Origin: an uncultured Erysipelotrichaceae bacterium
Lineage (GTDB): Bacteria > Bacillota_I > Bacilli_A > Erysipelotrichales > Erysipelotrichaceae
NCBI GenBank assembly: GCA_942492995.1
Contig: OW818653.1
Coordinates: 1,560,001-1,592,000, forward strand
Direction: 5' to 3'
DNA length: 32,000 bases
The notes under the pieces were generated by a model. The model saw only the letters and a list, made by a program, of their open reading frames with translations, was not told the DNA's origin and did not search any database. This document shows, one piece after another, positions 8,167 through 16,222 of the stretch; the first letter of the stretch is position 1; each line of letters opens with the position of its first letter. The translations under genes and the position numbers were made by a program.

Positions 8167-9495
8167 TTATTCTTTTGATGCGGCGATCCGGGCAAGTTCG
8201 CGCTTTTCGTATAGACGCCAGAATGGTAAGTAGATAAAGTATCCAATTACGACATTTAAGGCAATAATGATTATCCATTTCCAATCTCCTGAAGCTAGAG
8301 GGCCTAGAAGGAATGGAGGGGTTGCCCATGGTAAATTCGCAAAGAATCGACCGACAAATCCAATCATAACTGCGAAGTAACTAACCGCTGCCCCAATTAC
8401 TGTAGATAACATGAATGGGATGAATAGGATTGGATTAAGAGCTAATGGAAGTCCAAACATAATTGGTTCAATGATTGTGAAGATACCAGCAGGAAGTGCT
8501 GTCCAGAATAATGTTTTATGTCCAGGAACTTTTGAGAACCATAAGAAGATAAATAATGGCCAAACCGTAGATGTCCAAACATTCATACGTTGAAGTTGAG
8601 GTGTCCAGATATAAGGCATTGGTAATCCTGCTGCGACAGCTTCCGCATTAGCCGCAACAGTCATAGAAGTAAATGGACCTGTAATAACACCTACCATACT
8701 ATCCCCATGTACACCAGCTGCCCAGAAGAGGTTACCAAGTGTCGTAGAGAAGGTATACATGAAGATATTATCAGCTGCTTTAAATAATGGTTCGATTAAT
8801 GTGAATAGCCAAGCAGTGAAATCAAATCCGATTAAAGTACGTAAGCCCCAAGCTAGAACAAATACAACTGTATAAGGGATAAGTGCTGTGAAGGATGCCG
8901 CAATCATTGGTGGAACACCATCTGGCATTTTAATGACAACCCCTGAATCGACGACTAATTTATAGATTCTTACGGATAATAAACCAACTAAGATAGCGAC
9001 GAATAAACCTTTTGCGCCAAAGTAATCAACTGAAATCCCTCCAATAGAGAATGGGACTGCAGTACCAGCCGCATCATTAACTGAACCAGTTAATGTAGTG
9101 GAGTTGGTTGTGATTAAGAAGAATGTAGCCAAGGACAAGAGGGCGGCACTTGTTTGGTTGACATCAATCTTACGTGCATACGCCATCCCAATGGTTAAGG
9201 AAGCGTATAAACCAAGGAAACTCATGGTTAAGTTAAACATTACCAAGAAACTTCCAGCATACGGTGTTAAGAACGGTAATAATGGGGTTGCCTCACCTGT
9301 ACCGGTTGCGATCCAAGGTAATGCTAGAACAGATAATACTAAGAACATAGACCCAATGATGACTGGAGACATAATCCCTACCATACCTTCTTGTAGGGCA
9401 GAGACCCAAGGAATGGATGCGAAATTCGCCATTGGTTCCGCAATCTTCATCGTGAAGTCCGTCAACGAATCAAAGAAACTCTTTTTTTCAGACAC
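8167..9495 (-). CDS. PTS EIIC component, lactose/cellobiose (Lac) family
   Basis: 442-aa protein with about 10 TM helices. The N-terminus (FMKIAEPMANFASIPWVSALQEGMVGIMSPVIIGSMFLV) is typical of CelB/ChbC/LicC-type EIIC. GTG start with SD AGGAGG 8 nt upstream. Confidence 0.85.
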   Translation of the reverse strand: MSEKKSFFDSLTDFTMKIAEPMANFASIPWVSALQEGMVGIMSPVIIGSMFLVLSVLALPWIATGTGEATPLLPFLTPYAGSFLVMFNLTMSFLGLYASLTIGMAYARKIDVNQTSAALLSLATFFLITTNSTTLTGSVNDAAGTAVPFSIGGISVDYFGAKGLFVAILVGLLSVRIYKLVVDSGVVIKMPDGVPPMIAASFTALIPYTVVFVLAWGLRTLIGFDFTAWLFTLIEPLFKAADNIFMYTFSTTLGNLFWAAGVHGDSMVGVITGPFTSMTVAANAEAVAAGLPMPYIWTPQLQRMNVWTSTVWPLFIFLWFSKVPGHKTLFWTALPAGIFTIIEPIMFGLPLALNPILFIPFMLSTVIGAAVSYFAVMIGFVGRFFANLPWATPPFLLGPLASGDWKWIIIIALNVVIGYFIYLPFWRLYEKRELARIAASKE

Positions 9496-9689
9496 TAATT
9501 TTTCCTCCTTTTAAGTGTTAAATCAAATAAATTATTTATGAATCTACTTCGCCCATGCGTGAATAATATCCTCCAAAATTAAGTGATATCATAAACTATG
9601 CATATCCTAACAATTCACACTCAATGAGACAATAAAACAGATGTTAAACAACACGTTATTTCAGTGAATAATTGCGAAACCCTTGTTTA

Positions 9690-9729
9690 TTGAAATATCA
9701 TTTCAAAGCGTATACTTATTCTGTATAAT
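9690..9729 (+). promoter_or_regulatory. 17-bp palindrome plus TATAAT upstream of the RpiR gene
   Basis: TTGAAAT-ATC-ATTTCAA at 9690-9706 (perfect 7-bp arms). TATAAT at 9724-9729, only 10 nt before ATG 9740. No SD is present. Confidence 0.4.
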
Positions 9730-9739
9730 AAGACTAACC

Positions 9740-10540
9740 ATGTTACTACATAAAATTCGTGAACAATTAAATTTCACACCCATTGATAAATCAATCGGCA
9801 CTTACATTCTTGAAAACCCAGATGCAGTTTTATCGTGCAATGCGCATGAACTTGCGATATTGACCTATACATCACCTTCTGCAGTTGTACGTTTTTGTAA
9901 GAAACTCAACACAAAAGGATATCCAGATTTTAGATATCAGTACATTGAAGAACATTATGAAAACAAACTTTTATCAAATCATGAATTATCTCCAAATAGA
10001 AGCTTGTCAGAAAACATGAACACTTTAGCACAACGCTATGAAACTATCGCAAAAAATTCTGTAGATCGTCTAAACAAATCTACCTTAGCTCAAGTTGTAC
10101 ATTTACTCAGAAACTGTGAATATGTTGATTTTTATGCGAATGGCTTGAATTATGGGATAGCACTTGCGGCATGTGAGAGATTAAGTGTATTAGGTTATCA
10201 TGCACAGGTACAACTTGGAATTAATCGACATTATATAGCGATGATGTCCAAACAAAAGCGCGGGAAGACTCTTACTTTTTTGATTTCACATTCAGGAGAG
10301 AATGAAGCTGTTATTGATGCCGCAAAATGCATATATGGCGAAAAGATGACCATGGTTTTTCTTGGTCGACCAAATAATGAACTTCAAAAAATCGCAAATT
10401 ATTATCTATATTGGGAAAATGATCATTTAGATTCAATGTTTGATAACTTGTCTTATCCTGTTTCTCTTCTATTTATTTTAGATTTATTGTATGTGCTAGT
10501 TGCTTTTGATAAAGAAGTAAAATATCTAGAAAAGTATTAA
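9740..10540 (+). CDS. RpiR/MurR family regulator (HTH_6 + SIS domain)
   Basis: N-terminal HTH (AHELAILTYTSPSAVVRFCKKLNTKGYPDFRYQY) and a C-terminal SIS fold (FLISHSGENEAVIDAAK). Family members begin at the position of MLLHKIREQL, so I prefer ATG 9740 over the track's TTG 9683. Confidence 0.85.
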   Translation: MLLHKIREQLNFTPIDKSIGTYILENPDAVLSCNAHELAILTYTSPSAVVRFCKKLNTKGYPDFRYQYIEEHYENKLLSNHELSPNRSLSENMNTLAQRYETIAKNSVDRLNKSTLAQVVHLLRNCEYVDFYANGLNYGIALAACERLSVLGYHAQVQLGINRHYIAMMSKQKRGKTLTFLISHSGENEAVIDAAKCIYGEKMTMVFLGRPNNELQKIANYYLYWENDHLDSMFDNLSYPVSLLFILDLLYVLVAFDKEVKYLEKY

Positions 10541-10566
10541 AAAATGGACTAAATTAAGTCCATTTT
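10541..10566. terminator. Bidirectional terminator between the RpiR gene and the aminopeptidase gene
   Basis: Perfect 10-bp stem aaaatggact / agtccatttt with loop aaatta. The stem arms themselves supply an A-run on one side and a T-run on the other. The flanking genes are convergent. Confidence 0.8.
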
Positions 10567-10567
10567 C

Positions 10568-11806
10568 TTATTTCATGAATGATTCTATTTCGTCTACGGT
10601 TTTTAAGATACTTGATGATAAGTTAATCGCTCCAGTTTCAGTCACTAACACATCATCCTCAATACGAATCCCAATCATTTCTTTTTCTGAGTACAATCCA
10701 GGTTCTACGGTAATTACCATTCCAGGTTTTAAGACTGCGCCTTCGACTAATCCAACATCATGTGTATCTAAACCTAATGAATGACTCACACCATGATAAT
10801 AGACTTGATCAACTTGATCTGAATTCTCGATGATATTCGCAAGGACGCATTCATCTTTATATACAGCACGCACAATTTCATTAAGTTGAATTAAAGTAAC
10901 ACCAGGTTTGATTGCTTTAATAACTTCTTCTTGAGCTTTTAGAACGATGTTATAGAATGTTTTTTGACGTTCGGTAAACGTACCACTAACTGGGAATGTA
11001 CGCGAGATATCTGCACAATAATGATTTACACTTGCGCCTAGATCGAATAATACAAGTTCATTTTCTGGTAATGGTTTTTGGTTTGTGACATAGTGCAACA
11101 CTGTCGCATCTTTTCCACTCGCAGCGATTGTATCAAACGCTATTGTACTGTTATGTAATGCACATTGGTATTCGAAATCTGCGGCTGATTGGTATTCATA
11201 TCGTCCAGGTTTTAAGTTCTTAAGTATTGATTCAATCCCTACACGTGTAACTTCAATTGCTTGTTTCATCTCTTCTATTTCTTCATCACTCTTAATTGTT
11301 CTTAATCCACTAATCTTCTGATTAATATTTATTACTTTTAAATGTGGGTATGTTTCATTTAATTGTTTCGTAAATTTTTCAGCTTCATTAACACGTTGTT
11401 TAAAGCCATCACGTTCACTATCGACATAGATTGTATCGACATGATTACGTGCTAATGTACGAGTAAAGATACTTTCAAATTGAGACAACGGATAAACAAT
11501 GAATACACCACTTTGATGAACCGCTTCATCTTTAGTGAGTGATTTACCTACCCATTTCTCCTCTAATGGATTGTAGTCTTTGATAAACAATATTTCTTTA
11601 CTTACATTCTCTGTATTGATATAGACATAGATCAGTGAATCTTCATCACAGTTCGTTAAGTAATAAAAATTACGATTTACTTCAAATGGATAATGACTAT
11701 CCGCTGACTTCTTTACTAAATCACCAGAAAAAAGGACAGTTATACTTCCCTTAACATTTTCTTTTAATACTTCATTTCTACGATTAATAATATTTTCTCT
11801 TTTCAT
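10568..11806 (-). CDS. Xaa-Pro aminopeptidase (M24B, with AMP_N domain)
   Basis: 412 aa. Metal-ligand context DLGASVNHYCADISRT, HGVSHSLGLDTHD, GMVITVEPGLY, GIRIEDDVLVT. Confidence 0.85.
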   Translation of the reverse strand: MKRENIINRRNEVLKENVKGSITVLFSGDLVKKSADSHYPFEVNRNFYYLTNCDEDSLIYVYINTENVSKEILFIKDYNPLEEKWVGKSLTKDEAVHQSGVFIVYPLSQFESIFTRTLARNHVDTIYVDSERDGFKQRVNEAEKFTKQLNETYPHLKVININQKISGLRTIKSDEEIEEMKQAIEVTRVGIESILKNLKPGRYEYQSAADFEYQCALHNSTIAFDTIAASGKDATVLHYVTNQKPLPENELVLFDLGASVNHYCADISRTFPVSGTFTERQKTFYNIVLKAQEEVIKAIKPGVTLIQLNEIVRAVYKDECVLANIIENSDQVDQVYYHGVSHSLGLDTHDVGLVEGAVLKPGMVITVEPGLYSEKEMIGIRIEDDVLVTETGAINLSSSILKTVDEIESFMK

Positions 11807-11814
11807 AGGGCTCC

Positions 11815-13029
11815 TTAAAATTTTGGGAAGAATATTTTATTTTCTGTTTTTTGTTTACCAAACACAATCGCACTAACAATCACCGATACTTGTGATAGTT
11901 CTCTAATGGTTTTATCTGGCATTAGTATCATAATCTGACTATCATCTTCACTATAGGGTGAATATGGACGTTTCTCTGCTTTATCAAGATAGAGATAGTA
12001 ATCAGGATTATATCCATGATCAATTAGTTCTTGTTTCTTGTTATCATAATCTTGTGATGTTAATACTTCTTCATAATCAAATAGCTTACGTTCAATAATT
12101 CGTTGAGCTAAATCACTTAATATCGTATCTTCATCATCTTGTGCACATTGGAAACCATAGAAACACGTTGTTTCATCAAGTCTATAATGATCCTTTATAC
12201 TAATTGGTTGGTCGGTTGAAATAAAACGAAACATTGGATAACGCGTAATATATTCTGGATTTAGTTTCATACAATCCTTCAATCGATTAAAGAATGCGTA
12301 TAATATCGCTTCGATACTACGTGATGTTGGATGGTAATACACTTGCCAATACATATGATAACGAGCCATTATATAATCTTCAACAGAATGAACACCACTC
12401 TCTTTAATGACTAATTGATTATTGACTACTCTTAATGTTCTTAGAATACGTTCTAAGTCAAAATGTCCATAACTTGTGCCAGTAAAGTACGCATCTCTTA
12501 AGAGATAATCCATACGATCCGCATCTAATTGACTGCTTATCATACGTACTAAAACTTTATTCGGATGCGTATGATTTAAGATCGAAACAATTTGTTCAGG
12601 TAAATTTTCATCGTATTTCATAAGAATAGAATGTATATCACTATCTTCTAATAAGATACGCCCACTCATCACTTCATGATTTGGCGTTAATATCGATTCG
12701 AAGAAATGCGAGAATGGACCATGCCCTAAATCATGACATAACCCAGCTAACATGATGGTGATTTTCTCGTATTCATTAAGATACGTATCTAACCCTTTTA
12801 CTTCATTTACCATTCTACGTATAATCTCATACACACCAAGGGAATGTGAGAATCGACTATGTTCAGCGGTATGGTAGACCTGATAGGATGTGCCCATTTG
12901 ATGGATACGACGTAAACGTTGAAATTCTTTTGAATTAATCACATCCCAAATAACTTGATAATCCACATGAATGTACTCATGAATTGGATCACGCATTACC
13001 TTCTGTTCATTACATTTTTGATTAATCAT
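11815..13029 (-). CDS. HD-domain phosphohydrolase (YwfO/EF1143-like, dNTP triphosphohydrolase family)
   Basis: Motifs RDPIHEYIHV...FQRLRRIHQMG...HSRFSHSLGVYEI...LCHDLGHGPFSH...DADRMDYLLRD. I prefer the start at ATG 13029 (SD GAGGT 6 nt upstream). The track start at 13041 is a TTG. Confidence 0.8.
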   Translation of the reverse strand: MINQKCNEQKVMRDPIHEYIHVDYQVIWDVINSKEFQRLRRIHQMGTSYQVYHTAEHSRFSHSLGVYEIIRRMVNEVKGLDTYLNEYEKITIMLAGLCHDLGHGPFSHFFESILTPNHEVMSGRILLEDSDIHSILMKYDENLPEQIVSILNHTHPNKVLVRMISSQLDADRMDYLLRDAYFTGTSYGHFDLERILRTLRVVNNQLVIKESGVHSVEDYIMARYHMYWQVYYHPTSRSIEAILYAFFNRLKDCMKLNPEYITRYPMFRFISTDQPISIKDHYRLDETTCFYGFQCAQDDEDTILSDLAQRIIERKLFDYEEVLTSQDYDNKKQELIDHGYNPDYYLYLDKAEKRPYSPYSEDDSQIMILMPDKTIRELSQVSVIVSAIVFGKQKTENKIFFPKF

Positions 13030-13507
13030 GATTGACCTCAACTAACAAGCAAACAGCTTGCGCCATTACACCTTCTTCACGTCCAACAAATCCAAGTTTC
13101 TCACCCCGTGTTGCCTTAAGGTTTAATTGATTGTCTTCTATTTCAAGAATATGTGTTAGTATTTCTTTCATTTTAGGAATATGTGGCGCAATCTTAGGTT
13201 TTTCGATCAATATAATTGAATCGATATTTCCTACTCGATAGTTTAATTGTTTCATTTTCTGTACGACTTCTTCTAAAATTCTAAGCGAATTAATCCCTTT
13301 ATAGCGCTCATCATTATCCGGGAAATGTTTGCCTAAATCACCAAGAGCTAAAGCGCCCAATATCGATTCCGCAATCGCATGAACGAGTGCATCCGCATCA
13401 GAATGGCCATCACACCCAGATGGATGTTCAATATGAACACCCCCTAAAATAAGAGGTCTGCCTAGTTTTAATGGATGTATATCTGTGGATTGTCCAATTC
13501 GTATCAT
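13022..13507 (-). CDS. ispF: 2-C-methyl-D-erythritol 2,4-cyclodiphosphate synthase
   Basis: 161 aa with canonical IGQSTDIHPL...GHSDADALVHAI...LGDLGKHFP...ATRGEKLGFVGREEG. Confidence 0.92.
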   Translation of the reverse strand: MIRIGQSTDIHPLKLGRPLILGGVHIEHPSGCDGHSDADALVHAIAESILGALALGDLGKHFPDNDERYKGINSLRILEEVVQKMKQLNYRVGNIDSIILIEKPKIAPHIPKMKEILTHILEIEDNQLNLKATRGEKLGFVGREEGVMAQAVCLLVEVNHD

Positions 13508-13608
13508 AGAATTATTATATCATTCTTACTCTTAATTGTTTGTACATAAAATCTTAAGGTTTAAATGGACAATGTATATTATAATCTAGTAGATTAAAGG
13601 AAAAATTC

Positions 13609-14244
13609 ATGAAAAATAAACTAACAATTTTATCGATTATCATTATTACACTCTTGTTGAATGGTTGTGCAATTAAACCAGAAGTAACGATTACAGATTA
13701 TTTTACAGACTTACAAACAACACTATCGACTGATTTCAAATCATTATCCATCGAAAAGTACTTTGATAGTGAAGTTGTCCTTTCAGAGAATGAAGAAACA
13801 CTTAATTACGATAGTGGCGAATCCAATGTAATGACTGAACGTTATATTGAACTCTTTCAAGGGTTTGAATATACGATAAAGGATACAGTTATAAATGGCG
13901 ACAATGCGACCGTTAATGTGGAAATTCTAACGTATCCAATGGGTGAGCTTTTATCAAACTATGTGACTCAATTGATGACGAGGGTATTTGAGTGGGCTTT
14001 CTCTGGAATCTCTCAAGAAGAAATAACACAGAAAACAACGGATTTATTTATTGAATTATCAACAAATCTTGAGAAGACATACACAAATACAGTACCTGTT
14101 TATCTTGTGAAGGTTGATGGTAAATGGTTGATGGCTGGTGGTGAAACGAATTACGCGTTGTTTAACGCATTAACAGGTGGCATGATTGATTTTGCGAAAC
14201 AGTTCCAAAATGATATGAAACCGTTAGAAACTGAAGCTAAATAG
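13609..14244 (+). CDS. Putative lipoprotein, function unknown
   Basis: Signal peptide with lipobox LLNGC (Cys20). The mature part ends in a KVDGKWLMAG-type strand typical of small NTF2-like lipoproteins. I recognise no catalytic motif. Confidence 0.6.
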   Translation: MKNKLTILSIIIITLLLNGCAIKPEVTITDYFTDLQTTLSTDFKSLSIEKYFDSEVVLSENEETLNYDSGESNVMTERYIELFQGFEYTIKDTVINGDNATVNVEILTYPMGELLSNYVTQLMTRVFEWAFSGISQEEITQKTTDLFIELSTNLEKTYTNTVPVYLVKVDGKWLMAGGETNYALFNALTGGMIDFAKQFQNDMKPLETEAK

Positions 14245-14301
14245 TAGACAATTTAACCTTTTTTGATTAGTATATAGACACATATCTATGAAGGAGATTT
14301 T

Positions 14302-14718
14302 ATGTCAAAGTTGAAAGTTGGATTTATTTGTGTTCATAACTCATGTCGTTCACAAATGGCAGAGGCTTTATCTAAACATTTTGCGTCAGATGTGTTTGAG
14401 GCGTATTCTGCAGGAACTGAGACAAAGGATCGTATTAATCAAGATGCGGTTCGATTGATTAAAGCACGTTATGGGATTGATATGGAATTAACACAAAGCT
14501 CTAAGTTAATTGGTACTCTTCCTCCACTTGATATTGTAATAACGATGGGATGTAATGTGGAATGTCCATACTTACCAAATCGTTTCCGTGAAGATTGGGG
14601 ATTAGATGATCCGAGTGGTAAAGATGATGAGGAGTTTAATCGTATTATCGATATTATTGAGTTTAAAGTAAAAGAACTTAAGGAAAGAATTTTAACGAAT
14701 TCAATCCCATTAAGATAA
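14302..14718 (+). CDS. arsC: LMW-PTP-fold arsenate reductase family protein
   Basis: P-loop CVHNSCRS (CX5R-S), SAGTE, a downstream Cys pair in TMGCNVECP, and WGLDDP. SD AAGGAGA lies upstream. Confidence 0.65.
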   Translation: MSKLKVGFICVHNSCRSQMAEALSKHFASDVFEAYSAGTETKDRINQDAVRLIKARYGIDMELTQSSKLIGTLPPLDIVITMGCNVECPYLPNRFREDWGLDDPSGKDDEEFNRIIDIIEFKVKELKERILTNSIPLR

Positions 14719-14726
14719 TGCATTAA

Positions 14727-14753
14727 AAAAGGTCACTGATTAGGTGACCTTTT
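14727..14753. terminator. Bidirectional terminator between arsC and darA
   Basis: 10-bp stem aaaaggtcac / gtgacctttt with loop tgattag. A-run upstream and T-run downstream. The flanking genes are convergent. Confidence 0.8.
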
Positions 14754-14758
14754 AGTTA

Positions 14759-15082
14759 CTAGAATTTAATAAACTGTTCGACGTCCATCACAAATATGGT
14801 GGCGCCTCCAACTTGAACTTCAACTGGGAAAGTCGCAAATCGTCCAATATCATATGAAGCAGTAGATGGAACAAGTTCTGTTCTTTGTTTACTTTCTTCT
14901 TTGATTATTTCGATACATTTTTCAACACGATCTTCTTCCGTCCCAATTAACATCGTAGTATTCCCAATTTTAAGGAATCCACCTGTTGTGGCTAATTTCG
15001 TAACTGCGAAGTTTTCTTTCGTTAATGCGTTTGATAAGCTGTGACTATCATCATTTGAAACTACTGCGATGATTAATTTCAT
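14759..15082 (-). CDS. darA: Cyclic-di-AMP receptor, PII-like (DarA/PstA/YaaQ, DUF970)
   Basis: 107 aa. It aligns along its whole length with B. subtilis YaaQ (MKLI.AVV...FxVTKLATTGGFLKxGNTT..IG.E...V......IK......VEVxVGGATxFV). Confidence 0.8.
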   Translation of the reverse strand: MKLIIAVVSNDDSHSLSNALTKENFAVTKLATTGGFLKIGNTTMLIGTEEDRVEKCIEIIKEESKQRTELVPSTASYDIGRFATFPVEVQVGGATIFVMDVEQFIKF

Positions 15083-15113
15083 AAGGCCACCTCCTGTTTA
15101 ATTTATTATACCA

Positions 15114-16214
15114 TTAAACATTAAATCTAAAGTGTAGGATGTCTCCATCTTTCACCAAATATTCTTTTCCTTCGATTCTAAATTTACCCGCATCTTTAAC
15201 GGCTTGTTCAGAACCATATTGAATTAAATCATCATAATGATAACATTCAGCTTTAATAAATCCTTTTTGGAAGTCAGTATGAATAACACCAGCACATTCA
15301 GGTGCTTTCATCCCTTTATGGAATGTCCATGCGCGTACTTCTTGTACACCTGCAGTGAAGTATGACCATAAGCCTAGTAGATCATAACTATGGTGAATAA
15401 TCTTATCTAAACCACTTTCTTCATAGCCTAAATCAGCTAAGAACATATCGCGTTCTTCATCATCTAACATGGATAGTTCTTCTTCGATCTTAGCGCTTAT
15501 TGCGATCACATCACTCTTCTCACTATCGGCAAATTCTTTTACTTTAATAAAGAATGGATTTGTCTCTGCAGTATGTACTTCTGTTTCACTCATATTTGCG
15601 ACATAGATAACTGGTTTTGCGGTTAAAAGATGGAAACCATCTAGAACAGCTAATTCATCCTTATCCATTTCTAATGTACGTACACTCTTACCATTTAATA
15701 GAGCTTCATTGACTCTATTTAAGATAGATAGTTCGAAGATTGCGTCTTTATCTTTAGCACGTGCTTTACGTTCTACTTTAGAGATACGATTTTCAATGGA
15801 TTGTTGGTCAGCTAAAATAAGTTCTAAGTTAATAATTTCAATATCACGGATTGGGTCAACACTACCCTCAACATGCGTAATACTATTATCTTCGAAACAA
15901 CGCACAACATGTACAATCGCATCTACTTCACGAATATGGGATAAGAATTGGTTGCCTAATCCTTCACCTTGACTTGCGCCTTTGACGAGTCCTGCAATAT
16001 CCGTAAACTCAAAACTTGTGTAGATCGTTTTCTTAGGGGTAATAATTTCTGTAATCCGATCAATTCGCTTATCTTTGACTTCCACTACACCTACATTAGG
16101 TTGAATGGTTGCGAAAGGATAATTCGCAGCTTCTACTTGCGAATGTGTTATTGCGTTAAATAATGTGGACTTCCCTACATTTGGTAATCCTACAATTCCT
16201 GCTGTTAATGGCAT
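15114..16214 (-). CDS. ychF: Ribosome-binding ATPase YchF (Obg-like GTPase family)
   Basis: 366 aa. Motifs GIVGLPNVGKSTLFNA, DIAGLVKGAS.GEGLGN.FL, and a C-terminal TGS-like end (VKDGDILHFRFNV). Confidence 0.93.
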   Translation of the reverse strand: MPLTAGIVGLPNVGKSTLFNAITHSQVEAANYPFATIQPNVGVVEVKDKRIDRITEIITPKKTIYTSFEFTDIAGLVKGASQGEGLGNQFLSHIREVDAIVHVVRCFEDNSITHVEGSVDPIRDIEIINLELILADQQSIENRISKVERKARAKDKDAIFELSILNRVNEALLNGKSVRTLEMDKDELAVLDGFHLLTAKPVIYVANMSETEVHTAETNPFFIKVKEFADSEKSDVIAISAKIEEELSMLDDEERDMFLADLGYEESGLDKIIHHSYDLLGLWSYFTAGVQEVRAWTFHKGMKAPECAGVIHTDFQKGFIKAECYHYDDLIQYGSEQAVKDAGKFRIEGKEYLVKDGDILHFRFNV

Positions 16215-16222
16215 AATTCTCC

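Noticed and set aside
9482-9488. A7 homopolymer in codons 3-5 of the EIIC gene as a slipped-strand on/off switch
   Set aside because: Runs of 7 A/T are common in this AT-rich sequence (for example at the miaA/msrA junction, 22930-22936). Without population data there is no evidence of variability.
9098-9514. 138-aa plus-strand ORF in the six-frame track
   Set aside because: It lies entirely antisense to the well-supported EIIC gene, has no SD or promoter, and has low-complexity composition. The same reasoning applies to the other antisense track ORFs inside genes: 1032-1265, 2174-2380, 2804-2998, 4175-4555, 4808-5041, 5759-5947, 7337-7567, 8411-8593, 10575-10784, 14469-14723, 15709-15972, 15969-16163, 17844-18269, 20109-20390, 20387-20569, 25408-25593, 25890-26081, 27357-27542, 27786-27992, 28551-28745, 29812-29997 and 31005-31244.
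9536-9556. Mini-ORF MGEVDS in the EIIC leader, downstream of a GGAGGA
   Set aside because: The GGAGGA is 12 nt from the ATG, which is too far for efficient initiation. At 5 sense codons it has no features of a regulatory leader peptide.
9640-9662. Possible CcpA cre site (tgaaataacgtgttgt on the minus strand)
   Set aside because: It does not fit TGWAANCGNTNWCA without an insertion, because the central CG is out of register.
9683-9739. TTG-initiated 19-codon N-terminal extension of the RpiR ORF
   Set aside because: The extension (MFIEISFQSVYLFCIIRLT) is hydrophobic and unlike RpiR N-termini. It also covers the palindrome and the TATAAT that look like the gene's own promoter. ATG 9740 matches the family start.
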